Origin: Candidatus Poribacteria bacterium
GTDB lineage: Bacteria > Poribacteria > WGA-4E > WGA-3G
DNA length: 64,000 bases
Reading direction: 5' to 3'
Assembly (NCBI GenBank): GCA_965242965.1
Contig: OZ251518.1
Coordinates: 2,560,001-2,624,000 of the forward strand
The notes beneath the pieces are model-generated. The model had not been told where the DNA came from. It saw nothing but the letters and a program-made list of their open reading frames with translations, and did not search any database. Made by a program: the position numbers and the translations under genes. Shown here piece after piece: positions 38,929 through 48,947 of the stretch; the stretch's first letter is position 1, and the number at the start of each line of letters is the position of its first letter.

Positions 38929-40509
38929 TTACACCAAATTCGCGCTATTGTCCAGAGAAATTTCCTGCTGCCGCGCGTGCATCTGCACGACAGCCGGCAA
39001 TAACCCATAAATCCCCCAAAACGGAATGCCGATGGCATCGCCGTTTAAGAGGTTGTTGACGATGAAATGCACCATCAGCGAGAGTTCGGATGCCATGAGT
39101 CCGATGACGATGGCGCGGTAAAAACTGTCTGACGTGCTGTTCATCCGTTGGAGCGCGCGAAAGCCGTAACGGAGGAATGCGAGGTTGAGCCATAGCCATG
39201 CGATGAAACCGATAATGCCTAATTCCGCCAGCACCTGCAGATATTCGCTGTGCGCGCCGAGTTGGAACTGCGCCGTGTATGTCCCGACGAGCGCGACATC
39301 TTCTTCGTAAAGCATGGCGAAGGCACCGTAACCTTTTCCTAATATAGGATTTTCAAGGAACATTGTCATCGCCTGTGCCCATCGGAGGAGCCGCGCCCGG
39401 TTGGAGGCATAACTGATGTCCACGGTAGTCGAAATTCGTTCAATGACAATGCCGTAAACGCCGGGCAAGTTAAGGCACACGAATAAAATCAGGCAGGCGG
39501 CCCCGATAAAGAGAATCTTTTTATGCGTCACGCCACTTGTCTGCGCTGCTGTCTTGCCGCGATTGCCGACTTGCAACAACATAAACCCGACTGCGATGAC
39601 AACCGAAAGCCAAACGCCGCGCGAAAAGCACATCATGAGCCCAAGCCCGAAGCAGGCAAACCATCCTATCCACAGCACCTTGTCGTAAGAATTAGTATCA
39701 AAGAGCAGTCGGCTCAGGCAGATGAGAAAAAAAATAGCGGTGAAAGAGCCGTAAACGGAGTAGTTGGTAAACGGCGCATGCCGATACGCGCTCGTCCACT
39801 GCCATTCGTCAATGTGGTAGATGAGCACGAAGAGCGTCCAGATGACAGCGATGGCAGCGGTAGGGAAGGTGGCGACAAAAAGCCTCTTCAACTGTCTCAC
39901 GCCGACGAACAGGCTGCTTTCACCGTAGGTTGTGGGCCTGTCCTTCGACACGTCGATGGGGTGATCGAGAGATCGCGGGGGACAGGCCCCCGCGCTACGT
40001 GTGGGCTTGTCCCGCGACACGCCGATGGCCCGAGGCCTGAACACTTCATACGCCACCAGACTGAACATTGTATAGGCAGTGGCGCGCGTCGCGCCTTTGA
40101 GAGTGCCGAAGAGATTAGGCGTATTGACTGCAGATAAAAACGTGATAACGATATAGCAGCAGAGCGGTGCAAGGAATGGAAACGTCTCTTTTACACGGGT
40201 GTGCGCGTGAGAAGCGCGCCTTTTTTGCGAGAACGCGACACTTTTTCTTACCCAATAAACCGCGACGAGCATGCCTAACAGCGGTTCCGTCGGTGTCTGA
40301 ATTTCAAAGCTGCCTGGCAGGATGTAACGAAATGAGAAGGGGAGCGCGATTAACAGCACATAGATAGCGAGCTCCATATCAATGAAGACAAAGGCTCCTG
40401 TCACGGCGAGCATGCAGAGGAGGGGGAGGGGTGTGCCAGCGTAGCGTCCTATAATTACGCCGAGCCCGATACAGAGAAGGAGGGGGAGAATATGCTTGCC
40501 ATGTTTCAC
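38929..40509 (-). CDS. O-antigen ligase family membrane protein
   Basis: FSRGVWL, NRARLLRW, PILGKGYG, AHSEYLQVLAELGIIG; contains an in-frame REP-derived loop. Confidence 0.88.
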   Translation of the reverse strand: MKHGKHILPLLLCIGLGVIIGRYAGTPLPLLCMLAVTGAFVFIDMELAIYVLLIALPFSFRYILPGSFEIQTPTEPLLGMLVAVYWVRKSVAFSQKRRASHAHTRVKETFPFLAPLCCYIVITFLSAVNTPNLFGTLKGATRATAYTMFSLVAYEVFRPRAIGVSRDKPTRSAGACPPRSLDHPIDVSKDRPTTYGESSLFVGVRQLKRLFVATFPTAAIAVIWTLFVLIYHIDEWQWTSAYRHAPFTNYSVYGSFTAIFFLICLSRLLFDTNSYDKVLWIGWFACFGLGLMMCFSRGVWLSVVIAVGFMLLQVGNRGKTAAQTSGVTHKKILFIGAACLILFVCLNLPGVYGIVIERISTTVDISYASNRARLLRWAQAMTMFLENPILGKGYGAFAMLYEEDVALVGTYTAQFQLGAHSEYLQVLAELGIIGFIAWLWLNLAFLRYGFRALQRMNSTSDSFYRAIVIGLMASELSLMVHFIVNNLLNGDAIGIPFWGIYGLLPAVVQMHARQQEISLDNSANLV

Positions 40510-40511
40510 GG

Positions 40512-41024
40512 TTAAATTGTCCCAGACAACCCATCTGCTAAATTCCGCGTTCTGCCGCATCGCGCCGTTTTAATGTGAAAGTTGCCGCCACGGAAGCGGA
40601 CGGTGTTTCGGCTCCGTTCGTTTTTCCGTTTCCGCTTCTGTTTCAGGTGATGAACACGGCCTCCGTGGAAGAGCAGCGGGCGGCAGATAATTTGAAATTC
40701 CCGCCGTGCAGGGACGAAGCGCGATGCGAAGTCCGCGCCGCCCTGCAACTGGCCTAACGCTGCGGAGATGTTGATACTGCCGCGCTTGAGTTCTATAGGA
40801 ACGACAACAAGATTTTGCGTCGTATCAACATAAAAGAGAATATAATCACATTTCTGTCCCTCGATTCCGTGCGAGGGGAACGCCAAATCTGCATCTACCA
40901 CAACTCGCGGAGAAGGAGCGTCTGTCAAATCCACACGGCATCCAGCTCGGCTCCGTAGGCGGCTCAGGTTTTCTGAACCTATCGCCTTCTCAATGTGTTC
41001 AAGAACTTCACTGATTTCCATCAA
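40512..41024 (-). CDS. Small protein with a PD-(D/E)xK-like motif
   Basis: KCDYILF...PIELKRG...QL; start overlaps the ATPase stop. Confidence 0.65.
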   Translation of the reverse strand: MMEISEVLEHIEKAIGSENLSRLRSRAGCRVDLTDAPSPRVVVDADLAFPSHGIEGQKCDYILFYVDTTQNLVVVPIELKRGSINISAALGQLQGGADFASRFVPARREFQIICRPLLFHGGRVHHLKQKRKRKNERSRNTVRFRGGNFHIKTARCGRTRNLADGLSGTI

Positions 41025-42568
41025 TTTCCTAAGCTGTCTCCGCTTTCACTTTGGGTAGTATCCGTATTCAACCGCAACGCCTCAAGTCGGTTGTGGATTT
41101 CCGCTGAACGGTTATAGAGGCTTTCGGCGATGTCGGCGTATTCCTGTGGTTCTACGCCGGCCATCCGGTCGTACGCAATCTCTTCGATTTTTCCATTTTT
41201 CTGGAAGTGCCAGCACCCAACCTGTTCTTTGTGAAGAAAAACCGGCGGCGCATTGGTTTCTCCAGCCTGCTTCTCCAACTCGCCTTCGAGGATGAGATTA
41301 CCTATCTGTTCAAGTAACCAATCGCTGTGCGTTGTCACGATAACTCTCGCGCCAGCACGGACTAAGCGCGCTAGGGTAATCGCTATCTCGGTTTGGGCAC
41401 CGGGATGCAGGTGTGCTTCTGGTTCCTCAATAATGAGGGTATCCCCCGGTTTGATGCCGCCGCGGAGAAGCAGGACTAAGGGAGCGAGTTCAGATACCAT
41501 TGACGCGGCCTGCCCTATACGCATATCCTCTTTTGTGCCATGTGGGCGGTAGCGGAAATCGGGATACCCACCCGCGGATGGCTTCAAGCGTATCTCACCA
41601 GAAAGGACATCGGACTCCAATGTTTCTGCGAGGTGCTGCATCTCCGGATTCATGCTTTTGTCTTCTTCGTGGAGGATGATTTTTTGTAGAAAATGCGCTA
41701 TCACCCCTGACAGCGTCGGAACTTCCGGAAATCGTTCCAGCCCAAATCGCGTGACGCGCTCTATAATAGAACTCGCTAAAATCCGGTGGCTCTGCATGAT
41801 GCCGCTACGAGCAGCCGGCAGGTAATAACGGTTTCCACCCACCCAACCGAGACTACAGGCATCTTCAAAATTCAGTTGAAAAAAGGGAGAGCCTGGCGGA
41901 AAATGTGAGTCTTCGGAGACTGCCCAGCCTTCAGGGAAAATAACCGTGTCCCGGATGAGAGCTTCGTTGACAGATCTGTTCAAGGTGACATCTGATTCGG
42001 AGGCCATCAACTTGATATGCCACCGCTCTTGATTTTCTTCACGAACCTTCAGAGAAACCGTCATCTCATGACGCTGTTCTCCATTCAATCGCCTCAAGGC
42101 TGAAATGGGATTTAGATCAAAGCAATTTCCCAACTCTGCTTGCAGCTCATGCTTCAGCGACAGCAATGCCTCATGACCAAAAAAAGCGGACATCAGTAAA
42201 CTGAGTGTTGCAGCGTCCAGCTCTGATAATTTGAACGATTTTTCAATACTGTGCCACACGTCGGCAACGTCCGTAGATTCTTTCTCCGAAAGCGTCGGTT
42301 TGCTCAAAAGTTCACTATATTTTAAAGACATCGCCTTCAAAAATACCGTGAACTCCGCAGAAGATAGAGGGCCTAGGCGTGAGAACCCTTTGAACGCACC
42401 GTGCAACGCATAGACCAACGTCGAAAAATAGGTCTTCCCGGTGTTGCTCGGACCGGCGAAAACCGTTAGTGGACGTAAATCAACTGTGCCTCCGGCAATC
42501 GGACCGAAGTTTCTCACCGATATTTCGACGTTCGGATGCGGCTGAATGTCGCTGATTTTGCGCGTCAT
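41021..42568 (-). CDS. AAA_15/AAA_21-type (ABC-like) ATPase
   Basis: NFGPI, GPSNTGKT, ASMVSEL signature, IIEEPEAHLHP, VTTHSD; start MTRKISD with AAGGA RBS. Confidence 0.88.
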   Translation of the reverse strand: MTRKISDIQPHPNVEISVRNFGPIAGGTVDLRPLTVFAGPSNTGKTYFSTLVYALHGAFKGFSRLGPLSSAEFTVFLKAMSLKYSELLSKPTLSEKESTDVADVWHSIEKSFKLSELDAATLSLLMSAFFGHEALLSLKHELQAELGNCFDLNPISALRRLNGEQRHEMTVSLKVREENQERWHIKLMASESDVTLNRSVNEALIRDTVIFPEGWAVSEDSHFPPGSPFFQLNFEDACSLGWVGGNRYYLPAARSGIMQSHRILASSIIERVTRFGLERFPEVPTLSGVIAHFLQKIILHEEDKSMNPEMQHLAETLESDVLSGEIRLKPSAGGYPDFRYRPHGTKEDMRIGQAASMVSELAPLVLLLRGGIKPGDTLIIEEPEAHLHPGAQTEIAITLARLVRAGARVIVTTHSDWLLEQIGNLILEGELEKQAGETNAPPVFLHKEQVGCWHFQKNGKIEEIAYDRMAGVEPQEYADIAESLYNRSAEIHNRLEALRLNTDTTQSESGDSLGN

Positions 42569-42680
42569 TTTTCGTTCCTTGCCCAACCGATTTTGGTTGC
42601 GCACTGTTGTTAGAAAATGTCACCCTATCCTAAATTTCACGCAGCGGCAATTCGCAATTCAGGAATTATGTTCGATGCTT

Positions 42681-43367
42681 TCAAAACCACATTCTAACCC
42701 CAAGCCCAATAGCAGTCCCATCTAATACGACATTCAGCGGGAGCTCCCCAGTCGTTTCTACCGTTTTGAGGAGACGCTTTAATTCTAAATGGAGTGCCAA
42801 ATTATCTTCCCACCGAAACAGTTCGGCACCGAGGACAACGTATCCGGTTAATCCGGAAGAACTGCCATCAAATGAGATGCCTTGTTGCTCAACAAGCGTT
42901 ACCGCGCTGCCGCTGAAACTCGCGCCTAAAAAGCCGAAACCCCCACCGAAATAAATCGGCACAAACTTTGATAGCAACACAGGACGGTAAATGAGTTGAT
43001 ACGAGATAGGCACCAGTGTTGTTGTGAGTTTCGCTGATGTGGGCGGCGGAATGTCAAGCTCCAGCTGCCAATAGCCGATTTCCAGCCGCGAATCTAATTC
43101 AGCCGTGTGCTCAAAAACGACAGATACCATCGGCATCAAAACCGCCGGAACTTCGGATACCCCAATGCTTCGCAGGACATTGGTTAAATCACCAAGTTCC
43201 GGTTTATAGGAAAAGAGGGAGGCTTGCACAGATGCAGAGCGGACGTGCTGCGTGAAAAACGTCCGTAAGAGTGGTGACTGCCGGACTGCAGCGGTATCGG
43301 TGGATTCAGCAAGTAACGAGCCGAAAAAGAATAGCAGTAGCAAGCATCCGGCGAACATAAGGCGCAT
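42681..43367 (-). CDS. Probable outer-membrane beta-barrel protein
   Basis: Signal peptide, PIYFGGGFG, alternating strands, C-terminal Phe; AGGAG RBS before ATG 43367. Confidence 0.7.
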   Translation of the reverse strand: MRLMFAGCLLLLFFFGSLLAESTDTAAVRQSPLLRTFFTQHVRSASVQASLFSYKPELGDLTNVLRSIGVSEVPAVLMPMVSVVFEHTAELDSRLEIGYWQLELDIPPPTSAKLTTTLVPISYQLIYRPVLLSKFVPIYFGGGFGFLGASFSGSAVTLVEQQGISFDGSSSGLTGYVVLGAELFRWEDNLALHLELKRLLKTVETTGELPLNVVLDGTAIGLGVRMWF

Positions 43368-43457
43368 GAGTGCGTTCTCCTGAGAATGAAACGAAAGGCG
43401 CGGGCGGATAAAGACATCCGTCCTGACAGGATACGGTGATAAAAGGAGTGACGAGGC

Positions 43458-43830
43458 ACGGCGAGGGACAGGCCCTCGCGCTACGGTAAACACGTTTTTT
43501 CACCGTAGCGCGGGGGCCCTCGCCTGCCATACGCGCAGGCGAGAGGGTTTCCCCCGCGATCGCCCGACCCGCGCGAAAATCGTCCACCGACCAAGGCCAT
43601 TCCCCGTTCCGATCGAGGCATGGCGAGGGACAGGCCCTCGCCCTACGGTAAACACGTTTTTTCATCGTAGCGCGGGGGCCTGTCCCCCGCGATCGCCCGA
43701 CCCGCGCGAAAATCGTCCACCGACCAAGGCCATTCCCCGTTCCGATCGAGGCATGGCGAGGGACAGGCCCTCGCCCTACGGTGATAAAAAAGCGATGAGG
43801 GGTATGGCGAGGGATAGGTTTCCCTCGCCA
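43458..43830. repeat. REP cluster with internal duplication
   Basis: CGATCGCCCGACCCGCGCGAAAATCGTCCACCGACCAAGG... block occurs twice. Confidence 0.9.
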
Positions 43831-43841
43831 TACAAGCATGG

Positions 43842-44720
43842 CTACATCGTCGCGCCCATCGGGAGCAAGATGACTTCCACACGCCGATTCGCGGCCCTGC
43901 CAGCAGACGTAGTCTGCGATGCAACCGGATCGGTGTGCGCCTTACCGACGGCCTCGATGCGGCTGGCATCAATGCCTTTCGATTGCAGGTATTTGGCAGC
44001 GGATCTTGCACGCGCCTGGGAAAGATCCCAATTGCTGCGATACGTTCCGCGCAACACCGGTGCGCCATCCGCATGCCCTTCAACGATAATCTTCGCGTCT
44101 GATTCGGACATCAGCTGCTCGACAACCTCATCCAGCATCGCTTTTGCCTTGCTGGAAAGCCCTGTCTGCCCACTGGCGAATTGGATGGTGGTAAGCACCG
44201 TCGGCTTGGCGGCGACTTCCATCTCCACCTCCGCGACCTGCTCCTCCAACGCCATCACCTGAGCGGTGAGCATCTTGATTTCGTCGGCCTGCGCCTTATT
44301 CGCTTTGGCTTCTGCCATGAGCTGCTTGTGCAGTTCGGCATCGCCATCTTTTGCGGCCTGCATGGCTTTTTCGGCCTGCATCTCGGCTGTCTCTGTCAGG
44401 TCGGCGCGAAGTTTCGCGTCAAGCTCCTTCGCGTTCTGCATGGCGGCGGCGATAGTATCGGCATCGCCTTGCTGGGCGGCGGCTATTGACTCATCCTTCG
44501 CTTCGGAGATAGCCTCCATCAGGTCTGCCTTCTGCCCATCAACTTTGGTGTCTAACATCGTAATCTTGTTGGACATATCGGCGTTGGTTTTCTCCACCTG
44601 TGAGACATGCTCGTTCTTCCACATCTCAAACTCTCCCTGGTCTAACTTGCCGCAGCCAGTGATGGCCAGGGCGGCAACACTCAAGAGAGTTATCAGCGTG
44701 AAAGTGGTTCTCGTTTTCAT
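43842..44720 (-). CDS. OmpA/MotB-family lipoprotein with coiled-coil stalk
   Basis: Lipobox ITGC; IIVEGHAD, NWDLSQARA, NRRVEV. Confidence 0.9.
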   Translation of the reverse strand: MKTRTTFTLITLLSVAALAITGCGKLDQGEFEMWKNEHVSQVEKTNADMSNKITMLDTKVDGQKADLMEAISEAKDESIAAAQQGDADTIAAAMQNAKELDAKLRADLTETAEMQAEKAMQAAKDGDAELHKQLMAEAKANKAQADEIKMLTAQVMALEEQVAEVEMEVAAKPTVLTTIQFASGQTGLSSKAKAMLDEVVEQLMSESDAKIIVEGHADGAPVLRGTYRSNWDLSQARARSAAKYLQSKGIDASRIEAVGKAHTDPVASQTTSAGRAANRRVEVILLPMGATM

Positions 44721-45046
44721 GGATTCCTCCTATTTTGTCCCGGTTTCCAAATCGGGACGAAAAATTGACGTTTCTCTATGCAAAATTATCTATGCGCATC
44801 CCGCTGCGTAGGAACAAATGATGAGCGTTATCCGCTGTCATCGTGCGTCAGAAAAAGCGGCACGTCAAAGGATAAATGCTCTTCCTACAAGCTGGCGGAC
44901 AATGATAGGCGATTTTTCTATATATTATACCACGTTTTGGTAAAAAATGTCAAACTTTTTTTCAAAACAAAATTATCTTGATTTTTCAGTGGGCATCCGG
45001 TAAAATATATTAATGATAGATAGCCGCTACTGAAGACGAGGATAAC

Positions 45047-46396
45047 ATGGGACAGATAAGCATTATTTTACTCGCCGGGATGCTCTTCCTTTTAAATTTT
45101 GAACAGCCGGAGACAGACATCGCGCTCGGGACCGCGCAGCGTTTGCTCTGGACGCTTGCGCTCACGGTGGCACCCGCTTTTCTCGCGTATTGCGTCACGG
45201 TGTTTGCCAGCCGTGTGCTCCCTGCGGCTGCAGAGGAAAACCGCCCCAAACTCCACACGCTCAAACGATTCATGATTGCGTTTGAATGCCTGAGTTTAGT
45301 GGCGTATTTGGGAAACCTCTATCTGCTGAATCTGCCGGGACTCATTGAGCGATACATCACCGTATTTCCAACGCGGACATTGCAGTATGCGGTAGCACTC
45401 GTTCCGCTTGTCATGGGGTTAATCTCAATTCGGTTCGCTTTCTATCAGGTGAATCGGCATGAACAAGTGCATTACAAGGAACTGCTCAGCCTTCAGGTTA
45501 AACTGCTGCTTTTCCCGATAGTCCCGATGTTTATCTATTTCTTCACCCGTGATGTGCTTGTAAAACTGCCGTATCGGACGAAATACTTCCTCGTCACACA
45601 TGAGTGGATTTTAATCGGTGTGCTTCTGTTGCCGGCACTAGCGTTTGTCTATCTGTTCGCGCCCTACTTCGTGCAATTTTTGTGGCGCACCCAACCACTA
45701 CCGGCAGGCGCACTGAAACAGAAGTTGGAAAAATTGACACAACTCAGCGGCGTAAAATACAAGGAGATAGTCGTCTGGCAAACAGGCTCGCTCTCCATCG
45801 CAAACGCCGCTGTCGCCGGCACCGCGCTTTGGAATCGCCGCATCTTTTTGACAGACGCGCTCCTCTATTATTTTACCGATGACGAAATCGAAACGGTTGT
45901 CGCGCACGAACTCGGACATATCCGCTATCGGCACATTCCAACCTATCTCCTCTTTTCTGTCATCTATATGTTGAGTTCCGGGCTTTTTTACCGGTTCGTG
46001 GAGGCACCGCTAGCACCGTATCTAGCGGATGTGCCGATGCTCCTCACCTTATGTTGGTTGATATTTTTCATCCTCTATTTTGTCTTTATCTTCCGGTATC
46101 TCTCAAGACGGTTTGAACATCAGGCAGATCTGTATGCAGTGGAACTTACCGGGAAGGCAGAGGCGTTCAAAGAAGCGTTGATGAAACTGGCTGTGCTGAA
46201 CGCGCTCCCGGCATCAATTCGGCGGTTCTTTGAACTTTTCAACACACATCCTTCCATCTTCCGACGCATCGATTTCGTAGATAGAGTCATAGCGGGGAGT
46301 GCCTCTATTCTTCGGTATAAGCGTTATCTGCTGGAGGCGAAACTCTTAATCGCGCTGCTCCCGATATTTGGCGCGCTGGTGTTTTGGCTGGTTTAA
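45047..46396 (+). CDS. M48 family (Ste24/HtpX-like) membrane metalloprotease
   Basis: ANAAVAG, HELGH, EHQAD, THPSIFRRI. Confidence 0.9.
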   Translation: MGQISIILLAGMLFLLNFEQPETDIALGTAQRLLWTLALTVAPAFLAYCVTVFASRVLPAAAEENRPKLHTLKRFMIAFECLSLVAYLGNLYLLNLPGLIERYITVFPTRTLQYAVALVPLVMGLISIRFAFYQVNRHEQVHYKELLSLQVKLLLFPIVPMFIYFFTRDVLVKLPYRTKYFLVTHEWILIGVLLLPALAFVYLFAPYFVQFLWRTQPLPAGALKQKLEKLTQLSGVKYKEIVVWQTGSLSIANAAVAGTALWNRRIFLTDALLYYFTDDEIETVVAHELGHIRYRHIPTYLLFSVIYMLSSGLFYRFVEAPLAPYLADVPMLLTLCWLIFFILYFVFIFRYLSRRFEHQADLYAVELTGKAEAFKEALMKLAVLNALPASIRRFFELFNTHPSIFRRIDFVDRVIAGSASILRYKRYLLEAKLLIALLPIFGALVFWLV

Positions 46397-46398
46397 TT

Positions 46399-47335
46399 GA
46401 GGGTGTTTCATATTTCGATGCGTTCGGTAGGCGTGCCCTCTGGTCTTGATGTTCCCGTAGCGCGGGGGCCCTCGGATGCCACACGCGCATCCGAGCGGGT
46501 TTCCCCCGCGATGGCTCAAGAACCGTTTTTTATCGTAGCGCGGGGGCCTGTCCCCCGCGATCGCACGCGTGCGCCAGTGACCGTAGTTCGGGATCGCCTG
46601 ATCCCGAACAGATCAAAATCGCTTGGAAACCAGCATGCCAGAGTTTCAGACGATCTGGTTTCCCTACAGAGACGAGAGAAATTATCTGTCTCCCGCGAGC
46701 CTCTTGTTGTCTGAATCAGGATTCACAAGATTCACACGATTTACAAGATTATCTCCCGCGCAACGAGCATTCTCTTTCCAATGGATGCCTCTTCAGGTCC
46801 GTTAGGTCCTGCATGTCTATAGAAAAACGTGCCACCGTTTTCAAGGTCTGTTAGGACCTTAAACCCCGAGCGGAAACGCCACTGTTTTCGTAGCGCGGGG
46901 GCCTGTCCCCCGCGAACGTTCGATCCAAACGAAAAACGTCGTTCGGAACGTAGCGCGGGGACCTGTCCTCCGCGATCCCTGAAACAAAACGAAAAACGTC
47001 CGCAGCCCAAGAGGCATGGACGTTTGCTGTCACGATCGATGCATGGCGAGGGACAGGCCCTCGCCCTACGGTGGGAGGAGGGGTGTTTTAGGTGCCGTAG
47101 CGCGGGGGCCTGTCCCCCGCGATGTTAACTGTCTGAAGCAGGATTTACACGATTTACACGATTATCTCCCGTGCAACGAGCATTTTTTTTGCAATGGATG
47201 CCTCTTTAGGTCCTTTAGGACCTGCATGTCTATAGAAAAACAGACCTGCCACCGTTTTCAAGGTCCGTTAGGACCTTAATGGAAATGGCAGCCAAGCGAG
47301 TCAAGGCACATTAAGGACCTAAAGAACCTTAGGTG
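46399..47335. repeat. Large mixed repeat cluster (TIR, GTAG REPs, CAGGATTTAC and TAGGACCT families)
   Basis: GAGGGTGTTTCATA at 46399; blocks 46708-46862 and 47130-47278 are near-duplicates. Confidence 0.88.
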
Positions 47336-47593
47336 CTATGAGATGCAGGATGCTTGGCGCGGGGAGGGTTGGTTTTCTAATCGTTCAAGGAGTTTTTCGC
47401 TGCATTCTATGAGGCGGTCTGAACGATAGATTAATTCGTCAAGGGAAATGTTCCCGGCTTGGTATTCTTCGTTGTCCTTTTTCTAGTGCGAGATGATTTG
47501 CCCTGCAGGTGGGCCCGTTGAGCGGAAGAGGTTGTATGCGATGAGCGCGAGGATTGCGCCGATGAAGAGGATAAGGATAAGTCTTTTCATGAG

Positions 47594-47629
47594 AAAAAAA
47601 AGACCCGGCCGCGCCGTGCCGCGGCCGGG
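47594..47629 (-). terminator. Rho-independent terminator
   Basis: 10-bp GC stem CCCGGCCGCG/CGCGGCCGGG followed by T8 on the minus strand. Confidence 0.8.
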
Positions 47630-47648
47630 GTAGTTGAACGGTTAAGAG

Positions 47649-48752
47649 TTAAGGTGTAACATCCTTCACGCAACGAAAACCGATTTGGACGAACGCGCTC
47701 GAAGGCGCGCTCAGGTTGCGATAGGCGACACGTATGAACCGCGCTCCTTCGCTCCACGAGCTGCTGCGAACCACGCGCTCGCTTTCGGTATGCCGGTTGC
47801 CGGTCGCGAGAGTTCTGAAGTTTTCACGCAGCCATTGGACAGTCTCCCCACCGGCGATGGGATTCCGACTGTTCTCAGACGCGGCATAGAAATCGGCATC
47901 GTATTCATCAAGACACCACTCGCTGACGTTCCCCGCCATGTCATACAACCCATATCCGTTCGCCGCATACTGCCCAACGGGTGTGTCATCGTCGATGCCA
48001 CCTGTGCGCTCCCAGTTCTCATCAAACTCAGAGTAGTTCGCATCGGCGAGAGTAATCGTATCGCCCCAGGGATACTTCTTCCCCGCAAGCCCACCGCGTG
48101 CGGCATATTCCCACTCCGCCTCTGTCGGCAGCCGTTTGCCTGCCCATTCCGCATACGCCATGGCAGCATACCAACTCACAGACTCCACCGGGTGGTTGGC
48201 TTTCCCAGTGGGATAGTTATTGTCATCCCAATTTGAGAGGTATTGGAGGGGCTTGTTGTCGAACCGGGCATCAGTGAATTGCCAGCCCGAGTGGAACCGG
48301 GCATCAATCTGGTCTTTTTGCCACTGCGGATTCGCATCGACAAACGCCTTGAATTGCGCGTTCGTGACTTCGTAGATGTCCATGTAGAACGCATCCAAGT
48401 GGACGGTATGCACCGGCTGTTCGTCATTCCGTGCCTCTTCGTCCTCTTCGTCATCGCTGCCCATCTGAAATGAGCCGGCGGGGATAAGCACCATGCCTTC
48501 GGGTGGCTCGGGTTTTGCGGGAGCTTCACCGAAAAGCCCCGCAACTATGACCAGGTCAAGGATATTTATTTCCCCGTCCCCATTCTGGTCTACTTCTGCA
48601 TTGTCGGTGCCCAGATGCTGCGCAATTATCACCAGATCTTGAATGTTGATCTTACCGTCTGCGTTCAGGTCTGCATTGCCGATGGCGGCGTGGACGCTGA
48701 CGAGTAGGAAAAACAGACATAAAAATGCATATTTCAACTGTTTCAACATCAT
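47649..48752 (-). CDS. Secreted FGE-sulfatase (SUMF1/CLec-fold) domain protein with dockerin-like EF-hand repeats
   Basis: Signal peptide; DLNADGKINIQDL / DQNGDGEINILDL; RLPTEAEWEYAARGG, NGYGLYDMAGNV, GFRC. Confidence 0.9.
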   Translation of the reverse strand: MMLKQLKYAFLCLFFLLVSVHAAIGNADLNADGKINIQDLVIIAQHLGTDNAEVDQNGDGEINILDLVIVAGLFGEAPAKPEPPEGMVLIPAGSFQMGSDDEEDEEARNDEQPVHTVHLDAFYMDIYEVTNAQFKAFVDANPQWQKDQIDARFHSGWQFTDARFDNKPLQYLSNWDDNNYPTGKANHPVESVSWYAAMAYAEWAGKRLPTEAEWEYAARGGLAGKKYPWGDTITLADANYSEFDENWERTGGIDDDTPVGQYAANGYGLYDMAGNVSEWCLDEYDADFYAASENSRNPIAGGETVQWLRENFRTLATGNRHTESERVVRSSSWSEGARFIRVAYRNLSAPSSAFVQIGFRCVKDVTP

Positions 48753-48834
48753 AATTCTCCTTGCCCGCTATTAATAGCGGGCAGTAGAAATAAAACAGAC
48801 TTGCGGCGGCATCCGCACCGCCGCGTTCATTTGT

Positions 48835-48868
48835 GAAAAAAACCGCGTTAAAAAGCGCGGTTTTTTTC
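48835..48868. terminator. Bidirectional terminator-like hairpin
   Basis: GAAAAAAACCGCG-N8-CGCGGTTTTTTTC. Confidence 0.6.
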
Positions 48869-48947
48869 AATGAGGGCCGGTAGGCGCGCTTTGAAACCGC
48901 GCTTACGGAGGTTGTGTGCGGGCTCGTGTGCCTGCACATGTCTCGTC

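Noticed and set aside
47604-47629. DGR homing hairpin
   Set aside because: It is followed by a T8 run and is adequately explained as an intrinsic terminator; no template repeat or RT is nearby.
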